From IMG/VR virus record IMGVR_UViG_3300050120_000361, positions 144,539-208,538 of that record: a stretch of DNA of 64,000 nucleotides, one strand, 5' to 3'. How positions within the stretch are numbered: the stretch's first letter is position 1; each line of letters begins with the position of its first letter. Below, one piece after another: positions 38,832 to 48,875 of the stretch. Under the pieces are notes generated by a model. That model worked only from the letters and a program-made list of their open reading frames with translations, had not been told where the DNA came from and searched no databases. The position numbers were made by a program, and so were the translations under genes.

Positions 38832-39977
38832 ATGGAACAGAACCTACTATTGGTAATTGAGGGCTATAATCAGGTAATCGCCTCTTTCAAGAACAGAACG
38901 GACGTGCTTAACGGGCTTGCTTTGGCTTGGACCGGCGGCAATGACCGAGCATTGCCCGAGAACACGCCAGTAGGAATTGGCGACGGGCTCGGAACCACCG
39001 GCTACTGCGTGTCAGCGTCAGAATGCCTGCTCAACGACGAGATATTCAAAATGTACCTTGAGTTCCGCAAGGCCAAGGCCAAGCTCATATCCATCGACAT
39101 CAAGGAACAGTACTACGGGTACTGCTACAACGGCTCGCAGAACAAGTGGCATACGGCCATACTCGTAGAGGAAAGCGGCATAAACCTGATTGTGGACGTA
39201 ACGTGCAGGCAGTTCGGCGACCAGTTCATAGACAAGGACGTTTGGGACTTCCCTTCATGGGAATTGGCGCTCCGCAGCCCCAACTGCAAACACGCCATAA
39301 GCGACAGGATTGACTATCCGGGCGGAATAGTGCCGATACACAAGGCCGCTTCAAGGGTTTCAGACCTCGACAGGATAGACCTGCTTGACGCCATGCACGA
39401 CATAACCAACATAGACTCTGATGACCGCCAGGTGCTTTCCGGGTTCCTTCTCGGCAAAATGGGCGTGCTTAACGCGCGCATGCTGGTTGGCAACATAACG
39501 GTTGAGGACTACCGGTACATAGACAACTTGGGCAAGCTGCTGCAGAAGATGCCCTTCGACACCATAAACGAGGGCTATTCGGTGCTTTCCTTCGAGACCA
39601 AGGCCGCCGCCAAGGCGTGGCTTAAGCTGTTCCTTGAGGGCCGCGGCAAGCTGCCGACCTACATTCTCGTTTCGCAGTCGGTTGAGGCCTCTTGCCAGCT
39701 GAACGGCTACGACGAGTGGGACGTTAACATCGCTTACAAGTCGGCCGCCAGCGCGAATAGGACCTATTTGGTGTTCCGCTTCGGCGAGCTCTACGGCATC
39801 AAAACGGCTTGGCTCAGGAACTCAAAAATACTCGTCCCTTTCGGCATACAGCTGCCTTTCAAGCCTGAAAACATAATGAACGGAGGCGCCGCCATAGACG
39901 GCAACAAGCGGGCGGATGGAACCCTCGACCGCGAGACGAACGCGATATTCGTGACACTGGAGAACAAGACTTATTAG
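38832..39977 (+). CDS. putative papain-fold Cys-His-Asp enzyme
   Basis: 'GYCVSAS...KWHTAILV...IVDVTCRQFG'. Confidence 0.5.
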   Translation: MEQNLLLVIEGYNQVIASFKNRTDVLNGLALAWTGGNDRALPENTPVGIGDGLGTTGYCVSASECLLNDEIFKMYLEFRKAKAKLISIDIKEQYYGYCYNGSQNKWHTAILVEESGINLIVDVTCRQFGDQFIDKDVWDFPSWELALRSPNCKHAISDRIDYPGGIVPIHKAASRVSDLDRIDLLDAMHDITNIDSDDRQVLSGFLLGKMGVLNARMLVGNITVEDYRYIDNLGKLLQKMPFDTINEGYSVLSFETKAAAKAWLKLFLEGRGKLPTYILVSQSVEASCQLNGYDEWDVNIAYKSAASANRTYLVFRFGELYGIKTAWLRNSKILVPFGIQLPFKPENIMNGGAAIDGNKRADGTLDRETNAIFVTLENKTY

Positions 39978-39980
39978 GGC

Positions 39981-40472
39981 ATGGATAGGAGGATATTGCG
40001 AAGACTGTCCAATGTCCATAAGTCTAAACCACAGCAGAAGACAAGGGGCTTTGTGACAGGCGACTTCGCCAAATTCAATCCAAAGAAGTATGTCGGGCAA
40101 TTGCCAATAACCTACCGTTCAAGCTACGAGCTCGCTTTCATGTTCAAGATGGAAGCCAACAGCAATGTTAAGGCTTGGGCTGCTGAACAGGTGATAATAC
40201 CATACCTTCTAAAGGAAAAGCGGGGAAACGAATTCGTTGACGTCAGACACAACTACATAACGGACGCCACCGTTTGGCTGATTAACGATGAAAAGTACAT
40301 CTGCGAGATAAAGCCGCTGGCGTTCACGCCGCTCAACGAGTCGCAGCTGCGGAACAGCTACGTGCACTACAAGAACGGACAGAAATGGAAATACGCCATG
40401 CTTTGGTGCAAACAGAACGGCTACACCTTCAAGCTAATAACTGAAGAGACGCTGAAAACCAAAATATTCTAA
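39981..40472 (+). CDS. head completion nuclease, T4 gp4-like (TnsA-like fold)
   Basis: 'NPKKYVG...ITYRSSYE...W..E...IPY...HNYITD...EIKP...N..KW..A..WC'. Confidence 0.9.
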   Translation: MDRRILRRLSNVHKSKPQQKTRGFVTGDFAKFNPKKYVGQLPITYRSSYELAFMFKMEANSNVKAWAAEQVIIPYLLKEKRGNEFVDVRHNYITDATVWLINDEKYICEIKPLAFTPLNESQLRNSYVHYKNGQKWKYAMLWCKQNGYTFKLITEETLKTKIF

Positions 40473-40494
40473 CAACCACAACAATCATAATTAT

Positions 40495-41025
40495 ATGAAA
40501 ATAGCCAAAAAATCAGGAAATGTCGTACTGACCCACCTGACGCAGAATGAGGTTTACGGACTGCTTAAGTGCCAGATACCAATTCACCTTATATTCATGG
40601 ACCTTAACGGCACCTTCGTGCAGGAGAAGACCATGAGCCTTTCAGACAGGTTGTTCGATGGCGTTCAAAAGATACTCGTCAACGAAGAGGAGTGGGAGTA
40701 CAAGGCGCTTATCGCGGAAATAGGCCAGGTAATGCACTCGGGCCTGAGCCTCGGAGTGATGCTGACAATACAGGACTTCAAGGACCACGAACCGCTCATA
40801 TCCATTGTTGGCTCATTGAAGCAAGACGTGGTCAATTCCGCAGTGCGCATAGAGTACGGCAAGGAGGTGTTCTGCGTGACCAACAGGCCGTTCGCCAACG
40901 GAGACTCCGATAAACTTTTTTATTACGCGGGCAACGACAGCATACTCGCCTTTGTCGAGGAGGGGCCTGTGCTCATAACCGACAACGTGCACGTCACTTC
41001 CGTTCAGGACGTGCTGTGCGATTAG
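40495..41025 (+). CDS. hypothetical protein
   Basis: ORF in operon with A-rich leader. Confidence 0.6.
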   Translation: MKIAKKSGNVVLTHLTQNEVYGLLKCQIPIHLIFMDLNGTFVQEKTMSLSDRLFDGVQKILVNEEEWEYKALIAEIGQVMHSGLSLGVMLTIQDFKDHEPLISIVGSLKQDVVNSAVRIEYGKEVFCVTNRPFANGDSDKLFYYAGNDSILAFVEEGPVLITDNVHVTSVQDVLCD

Positions 41026-41062
41026 TCAATTATTTTAAGGAAACAAACAAAAACATACGGAA

Positions 41063-41479
41063 ATGAACAAGAAGAACATCAGCGAGCTGGAGGTAATGGT
41101 CCAGCTGGGCATACCAACCGGCCCGACAAACCCGACAACCCCGAAGGCGAACCAGATAGACGGCGTGAACCGCGCCTACCTGTTCTACAACAAGACCCTG
41201 GGAGGTCTGCAGATTTGGAACGGCACGGCATGGGTTAGCTTCGCGGGAACCGTAACTTCGGGAAACACGGTGAAGGCCGTGAAGTCAACAACCGCTGCCG
41301 ACGGAACCGCAACGGCGTTCGCGTTCCCGGACAACATACTCGCGGGTACCGAGGAGATTTATGTCGCGGGCCTATTGAAGGACCGCACAACGGACTACGC
41401 GGTTGCCACCAACACAGTGACATTCACTGTGGCTCCGACAAACGGCCAAAAAGTGCTCGGGAGCTACCAGAAGGCGTAA
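41063..41479 (+). CDS. small virion protein with beta-sandwich decoration repeat
   Basis: 'ADGTATAFAF...IYVAGLL....DY....VTFTVAPTNGQKV..SY' repeat type common in phage virion proteins. Confidence 0.6.
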   Translation: MNKKNISELEVMVQLGIPTGPTNPTTPKANQIDGVNRAYLFYNKTLGGLQIWNGTAWVSFAGTVTSGNTVKAVKSTTAADGTATAFAFPDNILAGTEEIYVAGLLKDRTTDYAVATNTVTFTVAPTNGQKVLGSYQKA

Positions 41480-41495
41480 TCACAAAATATAGCTG

Positions 41496-42323
41496 GTGCG
41501 TTCCAAAAAGAAACCAATAACGCTTGAGGAATACATCAAGCAGCAGGCCAAAAAGGAAAAGGCTGGAAAGGCCGCAGGGACAAGGGCGGACTTCTTCAAG
41601 GAGAAGTACGCCCAATCCATTAAAGACGCGAGCGGCAACGAAAACCTTGAGAAGCTCATCGATGACTACGACATCAAGGTCGGAAAGTACTCGTTGCGCA
41701 CGAAGATAAGGAACAACCCATGGGTGAAGGCGGGCAGGCCCGCGTCCAAGGCCCTTGAGTGGCTCTTCAAAACGGTGTTCAAGAACCCGGAAACCTACAG
41801 GTACAAGCAGAACCTGCTCGCACAGGGGCAATTGTTCTTCTTCGAGTACAAGAACCCTAAGTACAAGAACACTGCCAAGCTACCCTGGTTTGACAAGTAC
41901 CCTCTGGTGCTTTCGCTCGGTCCGGTTGTGACCAAGCTCGGGGTCAGGAACATAGGCTTCAACCTCCACCTGCTTCCGCCAAAGGTGCGCATAGTCGTGC
42001 TGTGCCACATATTCGAACTCTACAAGCGCTTCTACAGGTACCAGATATTCTACAAGAAGCAGGGCGCCGTGCAGATAAAGTACCAGTACATCATAAAGTC
42101 ACTGGACAAGTTCGGCGCGGGCTTCGCGGTAAGGATGTACATCCCTGCGCGTCAGAACGTAATCGTTGTCTTTCCCTTCAGGGAGTGGCACAAGGCCATA
42201 TTCCTGCCGAGTCGCGGTTACGATTCGATAAAGGCCGCCAAGCTTATACAGCTTTGGCTGAAGTACGTTAGGGCCCGCAAGTTCAGCACGAGTCCGAACA
42301 TCAACTGGAACACTAACATATAG
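41496..42323 (+). CDS. DNA end protector protein, T4 gp2-like
   Basis: 'LFFFEY..PKYK...LPWFDKYPLV...GFNLHLLPPK.R...W.KAIFLP'. Confidence 0.88.
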   Translation: MRSKKKPITLEEYIKQQAKKEKAGKAAGTRADFFKEKYAQSIKDASGNENLEKLIDDYDIKVGKYSLRTKIRNNPWVKAGRPASKALEWLFKTVFKNPETYRYKQNLLAQGQLFFFEYKNPKYKNTAKLPWFDKYPLVLSLGPVVTKLGVRNIGFNLHLLPPKVRIVVLCHIFELYKRFYRYQIFYKKQGAVQIKYQYIIKSLDKFGAGFAVRMYIPARQNVIVVFPFREWHKAIFLPSRGYDSIKAAKLIQLWLKYVRARKFSTSPNINWNTNI

Positions 42324-42335
42324 CAAAGACAATTC

Positions 42336-42980
42336 ATGGACAAACCATACCAAGACAAGATTAAGTGCTTCCTTCTCGTACCGAACGGGGTTGAGGTGCG
42401 CTCGCTTCGCAGATACGCGTCTCTTCCAGAGGGTCAACAGTGCCCACTGAACCCAGGCAAGTACAGCTACCACAACAGCCATGTACAGGTCGGGGTCTGC
42501 AGATGCGACGGCGACAAGTGGCGGCTCGGCCCGCGCGACAAGTACGACGCGATGTGGCCCACCCACTGCGAATGCGGCTTCGAGTACACGGACTCCAACA
42601 GCAACAAGCAGCTTTTCACTGATGAGGTCTACGTATCAGTAGACAGGCCTGGCGAGGAGTTCTCCATTAAGGCGGCACCAGTTGGTGCTATGTGGGAGGT
42701 TCCGTGGTATCATGACCTTAAGGACATGTGCGGCCCTGACGGCATGGCGTACATAGTGGTAACCCCGGGCGGTCAATGGCACATAGACGGCAGGGCGAGC
42801 AATTGCGGTTCCCCATTGGACAGCATCCACAAATGCTGGGTGCGCCACGGCACCGCGCCAAACCTCACCGTAGACAAGAACGGCTTGACATGCAGTGCCG
42901 GGGCTGGTTCGATACAGGCAGGTGATTACCATGGATTTCTGAAAAACGGGCACTTAGTGACCAACTTAAGTTTGGTATAA
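42336..42980 (+). CDS. Cys/His-rich protein with DUF6527-like C-terminus
   Basis: 'HKCW.RHG..PNLTV...SIQ.GDYHGFLKNGHL'; additional HCEC motif. Confidence 0.5.
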   Translation: MDKPYQDKIKCFLLVPNGVEVRSLRRYASLPEGQQCPLNPGKYSYHNSHVQVGVCRCDGDKWRLGPRDKYDAMWPTHCECGFEYTDSNSNKQLFTDEVYVSVDRPGEEFSIKAAPVGAMWEVPWYHDLKDMCGPDGMAYIVVTPGGQWHIDGRASNCGSPLDSIHKCWVRHGTAPNLTVDKNGLTCSAGAGSIQAGDYHGFLKNGHLVTNLSLV

Positions 42981-42998
42981 CGCGCAGGATACGAAAGT

Positions 42999-43352
42999 AT
43001 GGGCAATTCAAGCAATAGCGCAGTAAACGCCAACAACGGGAACCAGATAGTATATCCTTCGACAATACCGAAGAATATAGTGCCTGCCATAGACAATGTT
43101 GTGCGGTTCGCCGCGTACACCGACCTGGAGCAGCAGATGTTCTACGCGCTTAGGCAGGGGTTTCTCGTAATGATGCCATACGTGGACGCTGACAACAAGA
43201 CCTACGAGCTCATAGCGATACAGCAGGCCGAACTCATAGCCTTCACCATTGTGGACTCATGGCCTACCGCGCTTAAGATAATACAGGTGGAGGACGACGG
43301 AACGGTCAACAATTCCACAAGCAACATACTCACAACCAAGACAAACAACTAA
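42999..43352 (+). CDS. hypothetical protein
   Basis: 117-aa ORF in operon. Confidence 0.6.
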   Translation: MGNSSNSAVNANNGNQIVYPSTIPKNIVPAIDNVVRFAAYTDLEQQMFYALRQGFLVMMPYVDADNKTYELIAIQQAELIAFTIVDSWPTALKIIQVEDDGTVNNSTSNILTTKTNN

Positions 43353-43355
43353 CAG

Positions 43356-43502
43356 ATGAAGAAAGTGCAGCTCTTCTTTTCCAGGCTTTTTCCAAAAATG
43401 ATACTCGGCAACAAGGTTGTGGCAACGATAGTCCACAACACCGGCATACGCTTTGGGCAGATGAAGGAAGAAGTTGACATTTTAACGAATACCGACATAT
43501 AA
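43356..43502 (+). CDS. small hypothetical protein, 48 aa (not in ORF track)
   Basis: MKKVQLFFSRLFPKMILGNKVVATIVHNTGIRFGQMKEEVDILTNTDI fills the gap between neighbours. Confidence 0.45.
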   Translation: MKKVQLFFSRLFPKMILGNKVVATIVHNTGIRFGQMKEEVDILTNTDI

Positions 43503-43508
43503 TAGATA
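43474..43508 (+). promoter_or_regulatory. sigma70-consensus promoter overlapping a late-type motif
   Basis: TTGACA (43474-79)-N18-TATAAT (43498-503); ATAGATA at 43502-508. Confidence 0.45.
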
Positions 43509-43512
43509 ACAG

Positions 43513-44454
43513 ATGGCCAAGGGAAACAATATCGGAAAGCCGAGCATAGAGTACATGGAAAGACACCTGGTCGAAACGGCTTTGGTGTGTTCCCGTACGG
43601 TGTCCGAGCTGAAGACAGCCGGCATAGTGCAGAAAACCAAGTTCTTCGAGACCGCGAGCCATTACACGCTCGGGCTGACCAAGCTCTTTGAGGCCATAAC
43701 CGGTGTAAGGTTCGACGGAAAGTTCCAGTCTGACGTTCCTACAGTCAAGGACTTCAGGGGGAACCGATACGCTTACTTTGGAAAGGTGCTTACTATGCTT
43801 AACGAGCATGATGAGCTGCAGTCCGAGAGCATGCAGATGCTGAACGAGTCAATAGTCAACTTCGGAGAGAAAACCAACAGGTACGATTTCCAGGCCTTCA
43901 AGGATGAACTGGCGGACTGCATCAAGGAATTGGAGTCGGTTGACGACTTCGCTCGGCTCGACACGGTTCCGCAGGAGATAATGAAGATCAAGCTGCTTGC
44001 CCGCAAGCCGATGTACGTTTACGGGTTTGACGTTGTGAACAGCCCGGTCCTTCGCCAGGAGCTGAAGGAGAAGATGCGGATTGACATCGAACAGGCCTTT
44101 GCTATACTTTGGGATAGGACCAACAAACAGCTACTGTTCCCTTTCAAGTCAAGACTCATAGCGTACGACGTTGCGGGAAACAGGCTCGGAGACTTCAACG
44201 AGGTGAACGCCGACAGGGTAGCCGACGACTTCACAGGCGAAAAACTTCAGGTCAGGTCTGTAACCAAAATGGATCTCGCGAACTACAAGGACATCATAGC
44301 CCATGAGAACAACGGCAATTTCGTGACTCTTTGGACCAACGTGCCGATGCTCGGGTTCAAGTACACAGACAACCTCTACGGTGACGCAGCAAGGGCCGAG
44401 TGGCTCAAGAAGAACGGGGTGCTCAAGGGCGGCAACATGCTGGTTAAATCGTAA
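43513..44454 (+). CDS. hypothetical protein (LFEA/LNEH/LNES motifs; possible head protein)
   Basis: 313-aa ORF. Confidence 0.6.
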   Translation: MAKGNNIGKPSIEYMERHLVETALVCSRTVSELKTAGIVQKTKFFETASHYTLGLTKLFEAITGVRFDGKFQSDVPTVKDFRGNRYAYFGKVLTMLNEHDELQSESMQMLNESIVNFGEKTNRYDFQAFKDELADCIKELESVDDFARLDTVPQEIMKIKLLARKPMYVYGFDVVNSPVLRQELKEKMRIDIEQAFAILWDRTNKQLLFPFKSRLIAYDVAGNRLGDFNEVNADRVADDFTGEKLQVRSVTKMDLANYKDIIAHENNGNFVTLWTNVPMLGFKYTDNLYGDAARAEWLKKNGVLKGGNMLVKS

Positions 44455-44471
44455 AATAATATAACAAATAA

Positions 44472-45107
44472 ATGAACAATAGACCAAACCTTATACCTAA
44501 TATTTTCGAAAGAGGATATAGAGGAGATGGTAAGTATTTGACAAGAAATGGTGCTAAAGATACCAAAGAATATAAGACTTGGTATGGAATGCTTGAGCGG
44601 TGTTATAGCGGAAATAAGCAAAAAAGTTCACCAACATATATAGGTTGTAAGGTATGCGATGAATGGCTTAATTTTCAGGTATTTGCTGAATGGTACAACA
44701 GTCAACCATATTCACACAAACAGGACATTAAATTCGACCTTGATAAGGATTTGCTTATTGATGGTAATAAAATATATTCACCAGAAACCTGTATTTTAAT
44801 ACCATCTATAATAAACATGCAATTTGCAAATATCGGTAAAGGTATTCATTTACCCGGAGCCAATTGGTTGCCTGACAGGAATAAATTTATGGCGCGTGGC
44901 CCAAGAATTGAAGATGGAAAACAGTCTACTCTTGGATATTTTTCCTTAGAAGAGGAAGCACACAAAGCCTACATAAATGCTAAAGAAAATTATATTCAAA
45001 AGCTTGCTGAATTATATTCCAATGTTCTTGATATTCGTATTTATCAAAAATTATCAAATTATAGTTTCAATTTAGATTTGTACAGCAAATCCAATTTTAT
45101 TAACTAA
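44472..45107 (+). mobile_element. free-standing HNH homing endonuclease gene with AP2-like C-terminus
   Basis: Abruptly AT-rich; 'YKTWYGMLERCY...VCDEWLNFQVFAEW...LDKDLL..GNKIYSPETC..IP..IN', 'LGYFSLEEEAH.AY..AK'. Confidence 0.88.
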
Positions 45108-45197
45108 TTTAGGAGGAACCAAACTATCAAACTCACCATTGGAGTAAGCCTCCTATCCACAAGAAACGTAGAGAAGGGCCTCAGTAAGAAGATACTG

Positions 45198-46838
45198 ATG
45201 GCCAACACCTCCGACAAGGTGAACACGCACAAGCTCGGCAAGGGCGTGCCTTCTGACCCTATATACTTCTCCAACTCCAGTAGGGCGCAGTACTTCAACA
45301 ACGACATACGCTACCGCAGCAATTACGGGTACTCCCCGCTCACATCTATAGACGGGCGTAACGCCCTTCTGCTCTTCGCGGAGAACACTGAGATAAAGAA
45401 GGCCGTGAAGGCCATATGCAACGAGCTCATAGTCGCGTCTTTGCGCGACAAGAAATACGCCCTGTACCCGGTGATAAATCTCACCAACGTACTTGAGGAA
45501 AAGCTAGATACCGCCAAGGCTATCCAGTCCTACCTTGACGAAATATTCTATCCTAAGCTTTACCAGATGGTAGGCTTCAAAAAGGATGGATTGATGGAGA
45601 TTTGCAAGGAGTTTTTGATAACTGGCAAATGGGCTGGTGAGATTGTTTACGACTCGCTCAAGAACCCCAAGGAGATTGTCAACATAGTGCCGATTGACCC
45701 ATCCACCCTGCAGAAGTTCAAGCAGGACAACTACGTGTACTACGTACAAAGGCCCATGGGCGACAGCGTGCGCGAGCGGATACTGCATGAGAATCAGGTG
45801 ATACTCGTGGAATGGAACAAGTTCGATTTCGGCTACATCTCATACGTTGACCAGCTGCGCAGGCCGTTCAATATAATGCGCTCCATGCAGACCGCCAAGA
45901 TACTCTGGTTTGCCGTTAAGTCTCAGGTCCGCATGCACATCAAATTGAACCTCGGAGACGTTTCGCGCCAGGACGCCATACAGAAGCTGAGCGTGGCCAA
46001 GAACGACTACACCAACACCTTTGACTTCAATGACGAGGACGGTACGGTTAAGTTCAACGGGGAGCCGAACTCTTCAGGCTATCAGGAGTTCTTCACAGCT
46101 GAGACCGCCGCCTCAGGCTCACCAGAGATTGAGGAGATAAACACCCAGGGCCCGGATTTGACAGAGGTCGACTCGCTCCAGTACTGGGAAAAATCCTACT
46201 GGAAAGAGACCGAGATACCATTCGACCGCATAGACCCGAACAGCTCCGAGGTATTCAACTTTGTGGACGTCACGAACATGCGCAAAATCGAGATAAACTT
46301 CAGCAAGTTCGTGACCGGCATACGCAAGATGCTTCAGGAGATAATTCTCAAGCCGATACTAATACAGCTGACTATCAAAGAAATTGAGATAGGCATAGAC
46401 TTGAACCTGCTCGACAGCATACTAATCGAGTGGGTGGCCTTCAATGAGTACGACAAGCTCGCCGAGACCGAGCTTCTGCAGAAGAAGGTCGAAATGGTCA
46501 CGGCTCTCGCGCAGTTCGGCGTTCAGACCGACGCTTCAGGCGTAGAGAGGAACTACCTGCCACTCAGCTGGCTTGTCGACAACTACCTGGACTTCACCCC
46601 TGAGCAGAAGGTTGCCATGGAGGTCGCGCGCAGGCAGGAGGCCATAGCGCTTGGCTTCACAGACAAGGACGGAAACCCAATACCTCACGGGGACGACGCG
46701 CCGGACGAGAGCGACGACGGCGGCGGCGGCGAAATGGACATGAACGAGGACCCTGACGATGACGGCCTGGCGGACGAGGACGAAGACGAGAGCGCCGAGG
46801 ACATAGCCGGCGTTGACGACGATGGATTTAACGCTTGA
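45198..46838 (+). CDS. portal protein (T4 gp20-like)
   Basis: 'EIKKAV..I.NE.IV', 'ISYVD.L.RPFN.MR.M', 'IPFDR', 'EI.FSKFV..IR', 'F.EY.KL.E.ELL.KK'; acidic tail. Confidence 0.9.
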   Translation: MANTSDKVNTHKLGKGVPSDPIYFSNSSRAQYFNNDIRYRSNYGYSPLTSIDGRNALLLFAENTEIKKAVKAICNELIVASLRDKKYALYPVINLTNVLEEKLDTAKAIQSYLDEIFYPKLYQMVGFKKDGLMEICKEFLITGKWAGEIVYDSLKNPKEIVNIVPIDPSTLQKFKQDNYVYYVQRPMGDSVRERILHENQVILVEWNKFDFGYISYVDQLRRPFNIMRSMQTAKILWFAVKSQVRMHIKLNLGDVSRQDAIQKLSVAKNDYTNTFDFNDEDGTVKFNGEPNSSGYQEFFTAETAASGSPEIEEINTQGPDLTEVDSLQYWEKSYWKETEIPFDRIDPNSSEVFNFVDVTNMRKIEINFSKFVTGIRKMLQEIILKPILIQLTIKEIEIGIDLNLLDSILIEWVAFNEYDKLAETELLQKKVEMVTALAQFGVQTDASGVERNYLPLSWLVDNYLDFTPEQKVAMEVARRQEAIALGFTDKDGNPIPHGDDAPDESDDGGGGEMDMNEDPDDDGLADEDEDESAEDIAGVDDDGFNA

Positions 46839-46854
46839 TGATAACAACCTGAAA

Positions 46855-47073
46855 ATGCTCGAATACCTTTGGTTCCTGCTCGTGGGCGTGCTGATAGGAG
46901 GGTGCGCCATAGGCTTCACGCTCGCCGTGCTTCACAAGGAGCTGTGGCAGTGGTGCTGCAGAAGGGCAGTAAGGATACTCAGGAGGCGGAACAGGAAAAT
47001 AGCCGACCTAACGCTCGCCAATAGGAAATTGGCGAAAGAAAACAACAAATTGAAAAAGAACCTCCCTATATAA
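46855..47073 (+). CDS. small membrane protein (N-terminal TM helix + basic coiled coil)
   Basis: 'YLWFLLVGVLIGGCAIGFTLAVL'; ATG 46855 chosen to avoid overlap with the portal gene. Confidence 0.55.
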   Translation: MLEYLWFLLVGVLIGGCAIGFTLAVLHKELWQWCCRRAVRILRRRNRKIADLTLANRKLAKENNKLKKNLPI

Positions 47074-47076
47074 ATA
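47069..47076 (+). promoter_or_regulatory. T4-type late promoter TATAAATA
   Basis: Exact T4 late consensus 26 nt upstream of the protease ATG. Confidence 0.7.
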
Positions 47077-47102
47077 CCCAATACAGGATAAAACAGAATA
47101 GT

Positions 47103-48791
47103 ATGTCAGCACAACCACAATCAAACATAGACCAGCTTCACGAGGCGGTAGAGGAACGCAATTTCCTGTACCTCGAAACTGCGGACAGCCCGCTTTCCAG
47201 GGTGGATAATGCAGACATACTTAAGAACATCATCGACCCCACCACGGGACAGCCCTATGAGGGCGGAATTGTGATGGAGGGCGAGTTCGCCAGTCTCGGC
47301 GTTCTCAACAACAATAACCGCATCTACACTGAAAAGGAGTACATTGAGCTCGTTGAGGTAATCAAGAAGAAGATACACTCCAAAAAGGGCGTTTACGGCG
47401 AGCTTGAGCACCCTAAGGGTTACGCTACCGACTACAACAATGTAAGCCATAAGATACTTGACATTTGGTACGACCCAATGAAGAAGAAAGTCTTCGGGGT
47501 GATACTGATACTCAAGACGCCAAAAGGCCTTATAGCCCAGGAGATTGTCAAATCCGGCGGCACGCTGGGCATTTCGGCCCGAGCCGGCGGCAAGGAGACC
47601 AAGAACCATGACGGAACCATTACGGCAGTAATCCGCATGATGGTAACTTTCGACATCGTATACCATCCAGGCTTCACGACTGCAGAGCAGGAGTATACGA
47701 CCCTTAACGAGAACCATGCAATTGACGCGAAGTCCAAGACATTCACCATATACGAGACAAACCTCGGCAAACTGGACGAGCTCTACGAGTCGTACATAGC
47801 CGAGGAGGACCGCAGCATGAACTTCATACAGTGGGTCGACCACAACAAGCTGTTCGAAAGCGCCGGGCCCCACATAGACACCCAACAGGAAATCGGTGAG
47901 CAGAAGCTGCAGACCGGTGAGACAAACAACCAGCAGCAGGTTGAGCAGCAGCTAAGCGACGCTGTTGACCAGCAACTGAACGAAAGCCAGGTGCGCCTGA
48001 ACGAGAGCCAGGGCAAGTTCTACGAGGAAATGCAGAACGCTCAGCTGAGCCTTGGACGCAAGATGCGTTCAACCGCTAAGCAGCAGAAGCTGAACGAGGC
48101 TCAGAAGATAAACGCGGCGAAGGCTGTAGGCAGGTACAAGAAGCAGGGAAACTCGCTGTACGACGGCTCCGCAGGCTTCGCGCAGCCGACCGGAGGCATA
48201 TCAGGAGTGGACACAATGTCGCAGTCTCAGGACAATCCTGACGAGGCCTACGACCCTTACGGCCTGGCCGAGGGGGATATGAGTGAGGATTTCGGTTCGG
48301 TAACGGACAATGACGGCCTGATGGAAACTGAGGGAGACGGCTACGGAACGCCTGACGAGGAGGACATGAAGGGCTTCATGGAAGAGCAGGACGACCTTTC
48401 CGAAAACGGAGAGGACGCAAGTCCGGACCCTGACATGCTCGGACTGCTGTACGAGGACAATGAGTATGGATTGGAGCCAGATTTCGAGTCCCTCATGCAG
48501 AACGGCGAGAACGGAGACAATATCGGATTGTATCAGGAGATACAGCAAAAGACCCAGGAACGACAGAAAATGTACGAGCGCCAGTTCGATACGGCCCAGC
48601 GCAAGAAGCTGGCCAAAGAGGGCAAGGCGCTTCCTGACGGCTCATTCCCAATAGTCAACAAGGAGGATTTGAAGAACGCCATCGTTACGCACGGGCTCGC
48701 AAAGAACAAGAGGCTCGCCAAGGCATGGATAATGTCCAGGGCGGCTGCGCTGGGTCAGGGCGGACTTTTGCCCAAGTCGTGGAAAGAATAA
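47103..48791 (+). CDS. prohead core protease (T4 gp21-like) with long acidic extension and C-terminal 'ALPDGSFPI' domain
   Basis: 'N.NNRIY', 'YGELEHP', 'VSHKI', 'TPKG.I', 'GISARAGG' (catalytic Ser region), 'TFDIV..PGF'. Confidence 0.9.
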   Translation: MSAQPQSNIDQLHEAVEERNFLYLETADSPLSRVDNADILKNIIDPTTGQPYEGGIVMEGEFASLGVLNNNNRIYTEKEYIELVEVIKKKIHSKKGVYGELEHPKGYATDYNNVSHKILDIWYDPMKKKVFGVILILKTPKGLIAQEIVKSGGTLGISARAGGKETKNHDGTITAVIRMMVTFDIVYHPGFTTAEQEYTTLNENHAIDAKSKTFTIYETNLGKLDELYESYIAEEDRSMNFIQWVDHNKLFESAGPHIDTQQEIGEQKLQTGETNNQQQVEQQLSDAVDQQLNESQVRLNESQGKFYEEMQNAQLSLGRKMRSTAKQQKLNEAQKINAAKAVGRYKKQGNSLYDGSAGFAQPTGGISGVDTMSQSQDNPDEAYDPYGLAEGDMSEDFGSVTDNDGLMETEGDGYGTPDEEDMKGFMEEQDDLSENGEDASPDPDMLGLLYEDNEYGLEPDFESLMQNGENGDNIGLYQEIQQKTQERQKMYERQFDTAQRKKLAKEGKALPDGSFPIVNKEDLKNAIVTHGLAKNKRLAKAWIMSRAAALGQGGLLPKSWKE

Positions 48792-48875
48792 ATAGAACAG
48801 AAACCCCAGTAAAACGCCTCGCGAACGCGCGGCGGCAATCAACATAATTAACAAAATACTTTAAACGAAAATTTT

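Noticed and set aside
39981-40472. TnsA-like transposase
   Set aside because: Motifs and proximity to gp2 identify it as the T4 gp4-type head completion nuclease; no other Tn7 genes
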